Shown here: positions 1 through 11,486 of the stretch, in pieces
How positions within the stretch are numbered: position 1 is the stretch's first letter
Layout of the letters: every line of letters begins with the position of its first letter
Origin: Candidatus Eiseniibacteriota bacterium
GTDB taxonomy: Bacteria > Eisenbacteria > RBG-16-71-46 > CAZAMP01
DNA length: 64,000 nucleotides
Assembly (NCBI GenBank): GCA_965224245.1
Contig: OZ245046.1
Span: 3,520,001-3,584,000, forward strand
Direction of reading: 5' to 3'
Program-made: the position numbers and the translations under genes
Notes under the pieces: model-generated
Databases searched by the model: none
Told to the model about the DNA's origin: nothing
What the model saw: the letters and a program-made list of their open reading frames with translations, nothing else

Positions 1-26
1 CGGTCGCAAAGCCCCTGTGCCGGGAC

Positions 27-896
27 GTGGCCGGCGAGCTGTCACGCCTCGGATTCGACGTGTCGACGACACCATCGGCGGTGGCGGTGACCGATCCGCT
101 GACCTTGTGGCTACGGGTCGAGGACGAGCGGGTGACCGCATCCGTCGAGCGCGTGCCACCGGTCACCGCCGGCCGCCGGCGAGCGGGTCGGGGCGATGTC
201 GTCTGCCGGGCGAGCTACGCGTCGATCCCTCCCCCGTTGAAGGACGTCGAGCGACCGGCGGTTCCCGGTCACCGCTGGATCGCCGGTCCGACGCTGCCGG
301 TTCGCGTGAGCGCGCTGGTCCCCGACGACGCGGCGTCGGGCGAGCGCTCGACGTCCGACGTCCTGGCCGCGACGTCGTCGGGAACGCTTCGACTCCGCGT
401 GCGGACGGGTGGTGGTGACGACGTGCGCGTCGACGTGTCCCCGACCGACGACGTTCCGTGGGAATGGCAGCCGCTATCCCTCGTCGACGAGCGATCCGGA
501 GAGCGGCGTGACGTGCCCGTGCGCGCGAGCATCCCGCTCGCGCGGGAGCCCGACGCGTTCGCGGCGCTGACCGGTGACGGACGCATCGTCTACGGCGCGC
601 CTCTGGGACTCTGGGGCGCCCCGGAGCCCGGATACGGAGCGGGCCTCGCCCCGATCGGCACCGGCATCCTGACCGCGACCGACGCGCCGCCGGGTCGTCC
701 CGACGCACTCGTCGTTCTCGTGATCGGGCCCGACCGGCGGCTGATCGAGACGGCGCGGATCCCCATCGGCGTCCACGGGGCGGTCGCGCTGGCCGAGGTG
801 GACACCGACGGCGACGACGCGCTGGACGTGGTGCTGGCCCTCGACGTGCCCGGTGGCACGCAGATCGTCGTGCTGGTCTCGGAGGCGCCCGCGTGA
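27..896 (+). CDS. Hypothetical protein, possibly 5'-truncated by the window edge; C-terminal FG-GAP-like acidic motif
   Basis: The frame is open from the window start; DTDGDDALDVV near the C-terminus; GTGA overlap with the next ORF. Confidence 0.55.
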   Translation: MAGELSRLGFDVSTTPSAVAVTDPLTLWLRVEDERVTASVERVPPVTAGRRRAGRGDVVCRASYASIPPPLKDVERPAVPGHRWIAGPTLPVRVSALVPDDAASGERSTSDVLAATSSGTLRLRVRTGGGDDVRVDVSPTDDVPWEWQPLSLVDERSGERRDVPVRASIPLAREPDAFAALTGDGRIVYGAPLGLWGAPEPGYGAGLAPIGTGILTATDAPPGRPDALVVLVIGPDRRLIETARIPIGVHGAVALAEVDTDGDDALDVVLALDVPGGTQIVVLVSEAPA

Positions 897-2047
897 CGCG
901 GCGCGGCGTTCTCGGGGTGGCGGCGCTGGCGGCGGTCCTGTCGGTCGGGGCGCGCCTGCCCGAGCGGGGCGGACGCGTGACGGTCCTGATCCCGGACTCG
1001 GACGAGGGCGTCGCGATCGCGGCCGCCCTGGGCGATCGCGCGGCGGAGACCTACCTCACCCGACCCGACGGCTCCGGCTCCCACGTCACGCCCGATCCTG
1101 GGCTGACGGGCGGCACGCCGCTCCGTCGGTCCTGGACCCTGGTGTTTCCGGATGCCTCGAGCCCCAACGCCGTTGACGTCGCCGACCGTCTCACCGCGCT
1201 CCTCGAGGCGCGATCGGCGGACCCGGCGCCCGGCCCATGGACCGACCTGACGACCGCGCGCGCGCTCGACGAGCGGCGGCTCGTCCTGGCGTTCGCCGAC
1301 GCGGTCTGCGCGCCTCTCGACCGCCTCGCACGGTGGCCGTTCCGGCCGGCGGGGCGCGGGTCGTTTCGACTCGCATCCGGATCGGGGGACTTCGCCCGGA
1401 ACGACCGCGCGCTCTTCACCCCGCGACTGGATCGTCTCGAGATCATCCTGGCCGAGCCGCCGTTCGCCCGGCCGCGGCGCGCAGAGCTGACCGTGCTGCC
1501 CGGACGATCCGACGACGACGACTCGACCGACCTCGGCGCGCTCGGCGAGGACGGGCTGGCCGTCGTGTACTGGATCGCCCTCGATCCATCGGTGCCGGTG
1601 GCGGAGCGCCGGTGGCTGGAGCGTATCCTGTCGCCGGCGGCGTTCGAGCCGCTCGTGGCGCCTCACGAGGCCGTCGCCCTCCCCGGCTGCGCGAGTCGGG
1701 AGGCCGCGTCGGCCGAGGTGACGCCGGTGACGGCCGGCCACGTGACGGTGACCGCGCCGGACGGGGAGCGCGGGGATCTGCTCCGGCGGCGCGCGGACGT
1801 CGTCCTGGCCGATCGGACGCGCGAGGCCACCGAGGCCGGAGCCGGCAACGGCGCCGGACAGACGATCGAGGTCACGATCGGGCGCGACGTCGTGCTCGAC
1901 ACCGGACCGATCAGCCTGGCCGCGGCGTGCGCGGCCGGTCCGCCGTCGACCCGGTGGCCGATCCTGGCCGTCGCGTACCACGTGGCTCGCGGCTCGGGCG
2001 TGATCGGTCCGATCGGATCGCCGGATCGGCTCTGGCTGGCCCGCTGA
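893..2047 (+). CDS. Hypothetical protein with weak resemblance to family-5 ABC solute-binding proteins
   Basis: Hydrophobic N-terminus; segments ETYLTRPDG and GRGSFRL resemble SBP motifs; coupled to the upstream ORF. Confidence 0.45.
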   Translation: MTRRGVLGVAALAAVLSVGARLPERGGRVTVLIPDSDEGVAIAAALGDRAAETYLTRPDGSGSHVTPDPGLTGGTPLRRSWTLVFPDASSPNAVDVADRLTALLEARSADPAPGPWTDLTTARALDERRLVLAFADAVCAPLDRLARWPFRPAGRGSFRLASGSGDFARNDRALFTPRLDRLEIILAEPPFARPRRAELTVLPGRSDDDDSTDLGALGEDGLAVVYWIALDPSVPVAERRWLERILSPAAFEPLVAPHEAVALPGCASREAASAEVTPVTAGHVTVTAPDGERGDLLRRRADVVLADRTREATEAGAGNGAGQTIEVTIGRDVVLDTGPISLAAACAAGPPSTRWPILAVAYHVARGSGVIGPIGSPDRLWLAR

Positions 2048-2080
2048 TCGGCGCGCATCACCGCAGATGCGCGCGCGATC

Positions 2081-4336
2081 TCAATCCACCAGGGACCGAC
2101 CGTGCACGTGCTCGGGGGCGTCCAGCTCCAGGAGCGCACAGATCGTCGCAAACATGTCGCCGATCCACGGCTCGTCCGAGTCGATCGGGAACGACGTGAA
2201 CAGGATCCCCTTCACGAACGCCGGATCCAGCGAGCAGTGGTCGCCGCTCCAGTTCTTGTCCTTGGTGTAGAAGACCTCGGCCGGCGTGTTGCCGAGCGAC
2301 GACTGCCACGAGACGCGGTACCCCGGCGTGTTGCACACGCGGAGATCGGGGATGAGCTTCGGATCGTATCCCTCACGATAGATCTCGTCGCGCCGGTAGA
2401 CCTTGCTGACCGGGTGGAGCCCGGTCTCGGGATCCACGAGGTTCTCCAGGCCCTCGCTGATCTCCCGACACACGCGATCGTACTCGTCGCCCGGCAGAAC
2501 GGTTCCCTCGGGCTCTCGGCCGAGCACGTTGATGTACACGTAGCCCAGTCCCAGCGCGAAGGCCTCCGTGCGCGACCAATCCACGTTGGGCCAGAACGAG
2601 CCGCGATCGAAGAGCGCCTCGAGATCCTGGCGCGTCCCCTCGCCGGTCAGGGTCATGAACCCGTTCTTGGCCAGCCAGGTGTTGAGGTTCACCGCGCGCC
2701 GCCAGGTCGCGAAGCCGTGGTCGGAGAGGACGATCAGGTGCGTGTCCTCGTCCAGCTTCGCCATCGCGTCCCCGACGATCCGGTCCATCTTCACGTAGGC
2801 ATCGAGGATCTTCGGCTCGTAGATCTTCGCGCGCTCCGCGTCGTAGCGCGCGTGGCCCGGATCGCGATAGTGCCAGAGCATGTGCTGCACGCGATCGGTG
2901 AAGTTGAACACCTGCGTGTAGAGCTCGACCCCGTCGTCCTCGATGAACGCGTCGAACATGCTCTCGAAGTGCCGGATGGACTCGTCCACGTCCTCCAGGA
3001 ACGTGTCGTCGGAGATCCGCTCCTCCTCCAGCGACCAGGTGTCGATCGACCAGCCCATCGTCTTGAACGGCCCCAGCTCGGCCGCGAGCTCGGCCAGGAA
3101 CCCGTGCGGGTGGCTGATGTGGACGAACGGCGGCACGGCCCGGGGATCGAAGTGCAACGGGCTCAGGTAGAGCTTGGTGTCCGGCGAGAGCGACTCCACC
3201 TTGAACCGGCCGATGCCCGTGACCTTCACGAACCGGTTGAACGCGAACCGCATGTCCAGCCAGTCGGACCACTCGCCCTCGGCCAGCGTCAGGTCGTGAT
3301 CGCCCACGCGGATGCGGACGGCGTCGTCGCCGATCTCCAGCTCCATCGGGAGGGTCAGCGTCTCGGGGACCCCGGACCGCCGGAGCTCGTCCTCGGCGAT
3401 CTGTCGGGCCAGCGCGGGGTTCTTGCCCTTCGCGACCGCCTCGTCCTCGGCGGCGTCCACGGCGTAGTCGTAGAACGGGATGTTGGGCGGACCGAACACG
3501 TCCACGTTGACCGCGCCGCGCCGGGGGATGTTCACGACCTCGACGCTGAAGTCGGCGTAGGCGTTCTCGTCGATCTCCTCGGACGTGTACATGGCCGGGG
3601 TGCCGATGCGTCCCCGGATGTCGGGAACGCCGAGCCCCGAGATCATCGTGCCGTGCGCCACCTCCGACGCCGGGAACGTAGCCGGGACGCGGATGGTCCG
3701 GGTGGTCACGCCACGCTCGGCCGCGTAGTCCCAGAACGTCTGCCCCTGCCGGTGATTGACCGGGATCGGCATCGCCTCGGGCAGATACGTGGCGCCGAAC
3801 CACCAGCCGGCACCGCCCGCGAGGAGCCCCAGAACCGCCGCGCCGCCGACCAGGCGGCGACCGCGCAGCCGGAGGAGCGCCAGCAGTACGAGCAGCACCA
3901 CGAACCCGACCGCTAACCCGATCATCGCGGTCAGCATGGGGTTGCGGTCGCCCCAGAGGAACGTCGTCTTCACCGGCGTCTGGAGGGCGAAGTCGGGCAG
4001 GTACGTGTCCGGGACGCGCTTGAGGAAGTCGAAGATCTCGGTGTGGCCCGGATCCATCCCCGTCGCGAAGGTCGACCATGAGACCGGCGTCTGCGGCGGG
4101 TTCGTCGGCATCAGCGGACGGAATGCGCCCCGGTCGCGGAGCGCGGCGAGGTTCGGGAGATGCCCCTCGTCCATCCACTGCTCGGTCAGCGCCGCGTCGG
4201 CCCCGTCGAACCCCAGGACGACCACGCGATCGCGCGCGTGCACCGGTGACGGCGACCCGAGCGCCAGCGCCGCCACGCCGATCGACGCGATCGCGAACCC
4301 AATTCCCAGACGACGTACGACGCCGAGCTCACGCAT
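2081..4336 (-). CDS. Alkaline phosphatase superfamily protein (type I phosphodiesterase/nucleotide pyrophosphatase), membrane-anchored
   Basis: VVVLGFDG, PPQTPVSWSTFATG (Thr nucleophile), DRVQH, LSDHG, SGDH; signal peptide plus two internal TM helices. Confidence 0.85.
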   Translation of the reverse strand: MRELGVVRRLGIGFAIASIGVAALALGSPSPVHARDRVVVLGFDGADAALTEQWMDEGHLPNLAALRDRGAFRPLMPTNPPQTPVSWSTFATGMDPGHTEIFDFLKRVPDTYLPDFALQTPVKTTFLWGDRNPMLTAMIGLAVGFVVLLVLLALLRLRGRRLVGGAAVLGLLAGGAGWWFGATYLPEAMPIPVNHRQGQTFWDYAAERGVTTRTIRVPATFPASEVAHGTMISGLGVPDIRGRIGTPAMYTSEEIDENAYADFSVEVVNIPRRGAVNVDVFGPPNIPFYDYAVDAAEDEAVAKGKNPALARQIAEDELRRSGVPETLTLPMELEIGDDAVRIRVGDHDLTLAEGEWSDWLDMRFAFNRFVKVTGIGRFKVESLSPDTKLYLSPLHFDPRAVPPFVHISHPHGFLAELAAELGPFKTMGWSIDTWSLEEERISDDTFLEDVDESIRHFESMFDAFIEDDGVELYTQVFNFTDRVQHMLWHYRDPGHARYDAERAKIYEPKILDAYVKMDRIVGDAMAKLDEDTHLIVLSDHGFATWRRAVNLNTWLAKNGFMTLTGEGTRQDLEALFDRGSFWPNVDWSRTEAFALGLGYVYINVLGREPEGTVLPGDEYDRVCREISEGLENLVDPETGLHPVSKVYRRDEIYREGYDPKLIPDLRVCNTPGYRVSWQSSLGNTPAEVFYTKDKNWSGDHCSLDPAFVKGILFTSFPIDSDEPWIGDMFATICALLELDAPEHVHGRSLVD

Positions 4337-4462
4337 GTGACGAACCTCCCGATGACTCTTGGCTAAAGGGTAACGACGACCTCAGGTTTGAGCGGACCGA
4401 GCATACCAGACCGGATCGCCTTCGCGCTTCGACCGGACGTCCCGAGCGCGTACCATCGGTCC

Positions 4463-6155
4463 ATGACGTTCAAATCCCGTTTGATCGGCGTGTTCTCCGC
4501 CGTCCTGATCGGCCACACGATCCTCCTGTGGGTCGTCGCGTCACGCCGGATCGACGAGAGCTTCGCCGAGGCCGGCCGCGAGGCGCTCGGGGCCGGCCTG
4601 GTCGCCGGACGATCCGCCTTCCTGAACGAGGCCTCCGCCCTGGCCGGGACCCTCGATCGCATCCTGGCCGGCGACGCCGAGGTCGGGCTCCTGCGCGACG
4701 CGGCCCGGGGCGTCCGCCGGCGCGATCGCCACGACGTCGTGAACGCCGCCACCCGGCTCAAGCCGGACGACGTGTCGATGCTCCGGATCCTCGATCGCTC
4801 CGGCATCGTGCTGAGCTCCAGCCCCGACCCCGAACGTTTCGGCAGCCACGAGCGGGATCTCGCCTCGCTGGCCACGATCCGGGAGACCGGGCCCTGGATC
4901 CGTTCGGTACGGGTGCTCGGCCGGGACGTGCCCGCGCTCGTGGATGCCCGACCCACCGAGGATCTCTTCGTTGTCGCGGCGCGCGTCCTGGACGACGCGT
5001 TCTTCGAGGAGCTACGGACGGCGCTGGGCGGTCGCGCCTTCGTGGAGCTCGGCGCCGACAGCGTGATCGGGCCGGTCGCGGAGGACGAGCGGCGGGCCAT
5101 CGCGGCAGGAGACACCACCGCATCCGACGGGGCTCCCCTCACCGTCGCGCGCGATCGGGTGATCGCGTCGACGCTCGTGGTCGGCGGCGGACGGCTGTGG
5201 ATCGCACGCACCGACGACGTGCTGCCCGATCTCCGGCGGCGGCTCACGCGCTCGGCGCTCCTGATCGGGGGCGTGGGCCTTCTCGTGGCCTGGCTGGTCG
5301 CGCTGGTGCTGACCCGGAGCCTGAGCGAGCCCCTGCGCGAGCTGACGGTCGCGACGGCTCGCGTCGCGGCCGGCCAGTGGGACAAGCCCATCCGGGTGTC
5401 GGGCTCGGTGGCCGAGGTCCGCTCGCTCCAGCGGGCCTTCGACCGCATGCAGCGCGACCTCCTGCGCCAGCAGACCGAGCTTCGCCGAGCCGAGCGGGCG
5501 GCCGCGTGGCGCGACGCCGCCAGACGCATCGCGCACGAGATCAAGAACGCGCTGACGCCGCTCCAGCTGAACTGGGAGCGACTGCGCACGATGACGGCCG
5601 AGGGGGACATCCAGCCCGACGTGCTCCAGGCCAGCTCGGAGAGCATCTCCCGGCAGCTCTCGATCCTGCGTCGGTTCCTCGGAGAGTTCTCCGAGCTGGC
5701 CAGGTGGCCCGAGGCGACCCTGGTCGAGATCGACATCACCGACCTCGCACGCTCGACGGTCGACCTCTACCGCGGCAACGCGCGCGCGTCCCTGGTGCTC
5801 GACGCGAACGAGCCGGTCCGCGCCTTCGCGGACGCGGGCCAGCTCACGCGCGCGCTGGCCAACCTGATCCAGAACGCGCTCGACGCGACGTCCGACCGCG
5901 GCCGCATCGTGGTGAGCGTGAGACTCGCCGAACCGAGCGTGCTATTGTCCGTGGCCGACGACGGGCCGGGCATGAGCGAGGACACGATCTCGGGAATGTT
6001 CACGCCGTACTTCACCACCCGCGACAGCGGCACCGGCCTCGGTCTCTCGATCGTGGAGCGCATCGTGGACGCACATCACGGACACGTCGACGTCACGAGC
6101 GCGCCCGGTCACGGCACCACGATCACGATCCGATGGCCGCGGACGCCCGACCGAC

Positions 6156-6163
<8 letters not shown>
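4463..6163 (+). CDS. HAMP-domain sensor histidine kinase (NtrY-like)
   Basis: Two TM helices, HAMP, H-box RRIAHEIKNALTP, N-box NLIQNA, DDGPG, GTGLGL; start placed at ATG 4463. Confidence 0.92.
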
Positions 6164-7529
<1,366 letters not shown>

Positions 7530-7623
7530 CCGACCCGCACGCGCCGAGTCCCGAAGACGGCTCCCCTCCGCCGGCGAGCGGGCGACGGCGTCCCCGTCCG
7601 CCCGGGACGGCGCCGCGGTCGCC

Positions 7624-7643
7624 ACGTGTCGGCGAGGACACGT
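7624..7643. promoter_or_regulatory. Palindrome, candidate upstream activator site for the sigma54 promoter
   Basis: ACGTGTC-N6-GACACGT perfect inverted repeat about 130-150 bp upstream of the -24 element. Confidence 0.45.
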
Positions 7644-7773
7644 CGTGTGTCTCGCCTTCCACGTTCCCCCCGCCGCGCCGCTCCGTTCCCCGGGTCGCCG
7701 CGCGCCTCGGTGCCATCCCGCTGTCGGTCTCACACCATCACGTTAGACGGTCGCGGGTCCGCCCGCGGCGGGT

Positions 7774-7789
7774 CTGGCACGTGGCCTGC
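7774..7789 (+). promoter_or_regulatory. Sigma54 (-24/-12) promoter
   Basis: CTGGCACGTGGCCTGC with GG-N10-GC spacing, upstream of an AGGAGG RBS and ATG 7850. Confidence 0.75.
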
Positions 7790-7849
7790 GTTGGTGTCGT
7801 CGCGACACGGCAACAACCCGCGCCCGACACGGCGCGAAGGAGGACCATC

Positions 7850-8965
7850 ATGCGGCACGACACTCCGTCCACGTGGATCCGGCTCGGCGCGGCGATCCTC
7901 GTCGCCACTTGCGGTGCGCTGGGCTGTGGAACCGACTACGACCCCCCTTCCGATTCGGTCTCGAACGACCGCGGCGACTCCCCCCGGACCGTCGCGCGCG
8001 ATCGGGACACGACCCCGCACGCGGAGGCGACGGTGATGCCCGAGGCGCCCGCGGTCGAGACGACGCCTGACGCGGTCACCGACCTCGCGTCGGCGCCCGA
8101 CACGATGCTCGGCGGCATCGTCGAGGACGTGATCGAGCCGGCGGCCGATCCGCACGCGGCCTACCTCGGCGCCGAGCGCGACTACTACCGCCACGAGTAC
8201 GATGCGTCGCGCGAGCAGCTGCTGTCGTCGATCGCGGCGCGCGACGACTTCGCGCCGGCGCACTACCTCCTCGGTCTGACCGAGCGGAAGCTCGGTCACC
8301 TCGAGTCGTCGCTCGATGCCTTCGACGACGCGATCGCGCTGGCGCCGGGGCTGGAGCGCGCGCACGTGAACCGGGCGCGCGTGATGATCGACCTGGGTCG
8401 ACCGGCCGATGCGCTGGACGGCCTGACGCGTGTGGAGGGCGACTCGGACGCGGCGTCGAACGTCCGCGGCCTCGCGTACATGGATCTGGGCCGGCTGGAC
8501 GAGGCGACGGCGGCGTTCGAGGAGGCGACCGCGCTCGACCCGACCAACGTGTACGCGTGGAACAACCTCGGACTCACGCGGATCCGCCTCGGTGACTTCG
8601 AGGGCGCGGTCGCGCCGCTCGAGACCGCGGCGACGCTTCCCGACGCGCCGGCCTACGTGTTCAACAACCTCGGCATCGCGTCGGAGCGCGTCGGCGACCT
8701 GGCCGGCGCCGAGCTGGCCTATGTCGAGGCCGTCAACCGCGGACACGCGCACGCGGGCACCTCGCGCGATCGGGTGACCGAGGCGATCGCGTATCTCGCG
8801 TCGATCGGCGCACCGGTCACGCTCGAGGCGAACGCGTCGGCGGGCGATCCCGGCTCCGGAGATGTCCCCGACGGTGATGCCGCGGCCGCGTCGGACGCCG
8901 TCGAGGAGGGCGCGGCCGTCACCGAGTCCCCGATCGCCAGCGCCGAGGTCGCCGGCGACCGCTGA
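7850..8965 (+). CDS. Tetratricopeptide-repeat lipoprotein
   Basis: AGGAGG RBS; lipobox ALGC; several TPRs (AHYLLG, AWNNLG, VFNNLG). Confidence 0.85.
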   Translation: MRHDTPSTWIRLGAAILVATCGALGCGTDYDPPSDSVSNDRGDSPRTVARDRDTTPHAEATVMPEAPAVETTPDAVTDLASAPDTMLGGIVEDVIEPAADPHAAYLGAERDYYRHEYDASREQLLSSIAARDDFAPAHYLLGLTERKLGHLESSLDAFDDAIALAPGLERAHVNRARVMIDLGRPADALDGLTRVEGDSDAASNVRGLAYMDLGRLDEATAAFEEATALDPTNVYAWNNLGLTRIRLGDFEGAVAPLETAATLPDAPAYVFNNLGIASERVGDLAGAELAYVEAVNRGHAHAGTSRDRVTEAIAYLASIGAPVTLEANASAGDPGSGDVPDGDAAAASDAVEEGAAVTESPIASAEVAGDR

Positions 8966-9056
8966 CCCCGATCCGACGCGACACCCATGGACCGCGCCCG
9001 AGCCGGGCGCGGTCCGATTCACGTGTCGCCGGATCCACCGCCGCGACGGGACGCGT

Positions 9057-9086
9057 TTGACAAGACCGAACGGGGGTTGATACCGT
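9057..9086 (+). promoter_or_regulatory. Candidate sigma70 promoter for khpA
   Basis: TTGACA-N18-TACCGT with a TGn extension. Confidence 0.5.
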
Positions 9087-9279
9087 CCCGGCCGGTCCGA
9101 CAGCTCGGGTGCATGATCTCGTCTCCGAACCTCGCTCGCGCTCCCGCGACGGCACCTCTCGACCATCGGGCGTTCAGAGCGCCGAGACACCTCTGCATCG
9201 CCCCCCGTCCGGCTCGCCGCCCACGGGCCCATCCGCGCGTGTCGCTCCCGCGCCACGCGATCGAGAACGAGAGAAACGG

Positions 9280-9561
9280 ATGAACGAACCCGCTGCTGGC
9301 GCGACCCCGAGCGATCGCGTGCCGGACGAGCTCCTCGACCTCCTGACGACCCTGTCCCGCGCACTCGTCGACGACCCGGACTCGGTCGACGTCCGCGTCG
9401 TCGCAGGACGATCGATGAGCGTCTTCGAGATCCGCGTGGCCAAGACGGACGTGGGCAAGCTGATCGGCAAGGACGGGCGCACGTTGCGCTCACTCCGCAC
9501 GATCATCACCGCGGTCGGCTCGAAGCTCCAGAGAAAGGCGCTCGTCGAGATCATCGAGTGA
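9280..9561 (+). CDS. khpA: KH-domain RNA-binding protein (KhpA/YlqC family)
   Basis: LVDDPDSV...DVGKLIGKDGRTLRSLRTII with GxxG loop; ATG 9280. Confidence 0.88.
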   Translation: MNEPAAGATPSDRVPDELLDLLTTLSRALVDDPDSVDVRVVAGRSMSVFEIRVAKTDVGKLIGKDGRTLRSLRTIITAVGSKLQRKALVEIIE

Positions 9562-9612
9562 ACGACGGCAGACGGACCGCGAGCGTCGATCCGGTGCACC
9601 GCGCCTCGGGGC

Positions 9613-10713
9613 TCACGACCGTCGCAGCACGTCCGTGTAGGCCGCCAGCGTGGCCGTCACCATCGCGCGTGCCGTGAACCGCTCCAGCACCCGCTGCCGC
9701 CCCGCTCGGGCCAGGCTCCGGCGGAGCTCCGGGTCGGACAGGAGCCGCCCCAGTGCGCGCCCCAGCCCGTCACTGTCGCGGGGCTCCACGAGCAGCCCCG
9801 TCTCCCCGTCCCGGATGATCTCCGGAATGCCCCCCACCCGCGACGCGACCACCGGGCGATGGGCCGCGAGCGCATCGAGAATGCTCGTACCGAGCCCTTC
9901 CATCACCGACGGGAGCGCGAACACGTCGAACCCGGCCAGGACGTCGGCCACGTCGTCCCGGAAGCCCGCGAACGCGACGCGGTCGCCGATGCCGAGACGC
10001 TCCACCTCGGCCCGGAGCTTCGGCTCGTCCTCACCGCGGCCCACCAGGACCAGACGTGCGTCGGGCCGGTCGGCCAGCACGAACGGCCACGCCCGCACGA
10101 GGTACTCGAGCCCCTTGTGCCAGGCGAAGTGCGCGATCGTGCCCACGACGGGAACGTCGTGGCCGAGCGCCCACGACGCGCGCGCCCGTGCGCCGTCTCC
10201 CCCCTCGACCCGCGCGGGATCGATGCCGCTCGGCGCCAGGGAGATTCGATCGGGCTCGACGCCCGCCCCGATCAGCACGTCGCGGACGGCATCGGTGATC
10301 GCGAGGTATCGATCCACACCGACGCGATACTTCACCGCCGCCGAGAGCCCGGTGGGCACGAAGTCGACACGCCGCGACACGACCCGCCGCCCGACCCGCG
10401 CCAGCCGCGAGGCGACGACACCCAGCGAGTGGGCATGCGAGGTGTGCATGTGCACGACGTCCGGGCAACGCCGATTGAGGACGCGGACGAGGCGCCACAG
10501 CGCGAGCGGGTCGAGCTCTCCCCGCATCGGCACCGTCTCGACGTCGAGGCCGTCACCACGAAACCGCTCGGCGATCGCCGAGCCGGGCGGCGCGATCAGG
10601 AACGGCGCGTGTCCGTGCTCCAGGAGCCCCTCGACGAGGTAGCGGACCTGCTGCTCACCGCCCCGCCAGGTGAGCTCGGTGTCGAGGTGGGCCACCGAGA
10701 TCGGCCCCGTCAC
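9613..10713 (-). CDS. Glycosyltransferase family 4
   Basis: WRGGEQQ, HKG, GFRDDV, EGLGTSILDA, SRVGGIPE; GTG start overlaps the upstream stop. Confidence 0.9.
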   Translation of the reverse strand: MTGPISVAHLDTELTWRGGEQQVRYLVEGLLEHGHAPFLIAPPGSAIAERFRGDGLDVETVPMRGELDPLALWRLVRVLNRRCPDVVHMHTSHAHSLGVVASRLARVGRRVVSRRVDFVPTGLSAAVKYRVGVDRYLAITDAVRDVLIGAGVEPDRISLAPSGIDPARVEGGDGARARASWALGHDVPVVGTIAHFAWHKGLEYLVRAWPFVLADRPDARLVLVGRGEDEPKLRAEVERLGIGDRVAFAGFRDDVADVLAGFDVFALPSVMEGLGTSILDALAAHRPVVASRVGGIPEIIRDGETGLLVEPRDSDGLGRALGRLLSDPELRRSLARAGRQRVLERFTARAMVTATLAAYTDVLRRS

Positions 10714-11486
10714 GGGTCCGGCTCCCCGGCGCGGGCATAGCGGTACTTGAGTCGCACGTAGCGCGCGCCCATCACCGCCGCCGTGAGCCCCGCGCGACCG
10801 TCCAGGAGCCCTCGCTTGAGTAGCCACATGCGCAGGAAGCGGGCCACCGGGCGAAGCCACTCGTCCCAGACGTGCGCCCGACGGCCGTCCCGCGCGAGCT
10901 GGCGGGCGGCCAGTCGCGCGTACCGCTCGATCTTCTCGGCGTGATGCACACGGTCGCGATACGGATAGTGATGGAGCGGACCGGTCAGCGACCCCACGCG
11001 TCCGTCGACCGAGACCCCTTCGTGCACGAGGCGGCCGTCGAAGACGGCCCGACACCGCCGGAAGAGGCGGAGCTTCGGATCGGGATACCAGCCGCCGTGG
11101 CGAATCCAGCGTCCCAGATAGGACACCATTCGCGAGACGCGGAACCCCGCCGCGTCGGATCGTTCGGCTAGCACCCGCCGGATCGACTCGCGGAGCTCCG
11201 GCGAGACCTCCTCGTCGGCGTCCACCCAGAGCACCCAGTCGGTGTCGAGGAGCGACATGGCGAACGTCTTCTGCGCGGAGTATCCACTCCACGGTTGCAC
11301 GTGGACCTCGGCGCCCAGCTCGCGGGCGAGCCGGACCGTGTCGTCGGTGGACTCGCTGTCGACCACCACCGTGCGATCGGCGAACCGGACGCTCTCGAGG
11401 CAGCGGGTGATGTTGTCGGCCTCGTTCAGCGTGATCACGATCACGCCCAGCGTCTCGGGCGCCGACGCCCCGGTCGACGGCATCAT
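10710..11486 (-). CDS. Glycosyltransferase family 2 (WaaE/LgtF-like)
   Basis: ITLNEADNI, VVDSESTD, WVDADE, GGWYPD, VHE. Confidence 0.92.
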   Translation of the reverse strand: MMPSTGASAPETLGVIVITLNEADNITRCLESVRFADRTVVVDSESTDDTVRLARELGAEVHVQPWSGYSAQKTFAMSLLDTDWVLWVDADEEVSPELRESIRRVLAERSDAAGFRVSRMVSYLGRWIRHGGWYPDPKLRLFRRCRAVFDGRLVHEGVSVDGRVGSLTGPLHHYPYRDRVHHAEKIERYARLAARQLARDGRRAHVWDEWLRPVARFLRMWLLKRGLLDGRAGLTAAVMGARYVRLKYRYARAGEPDP

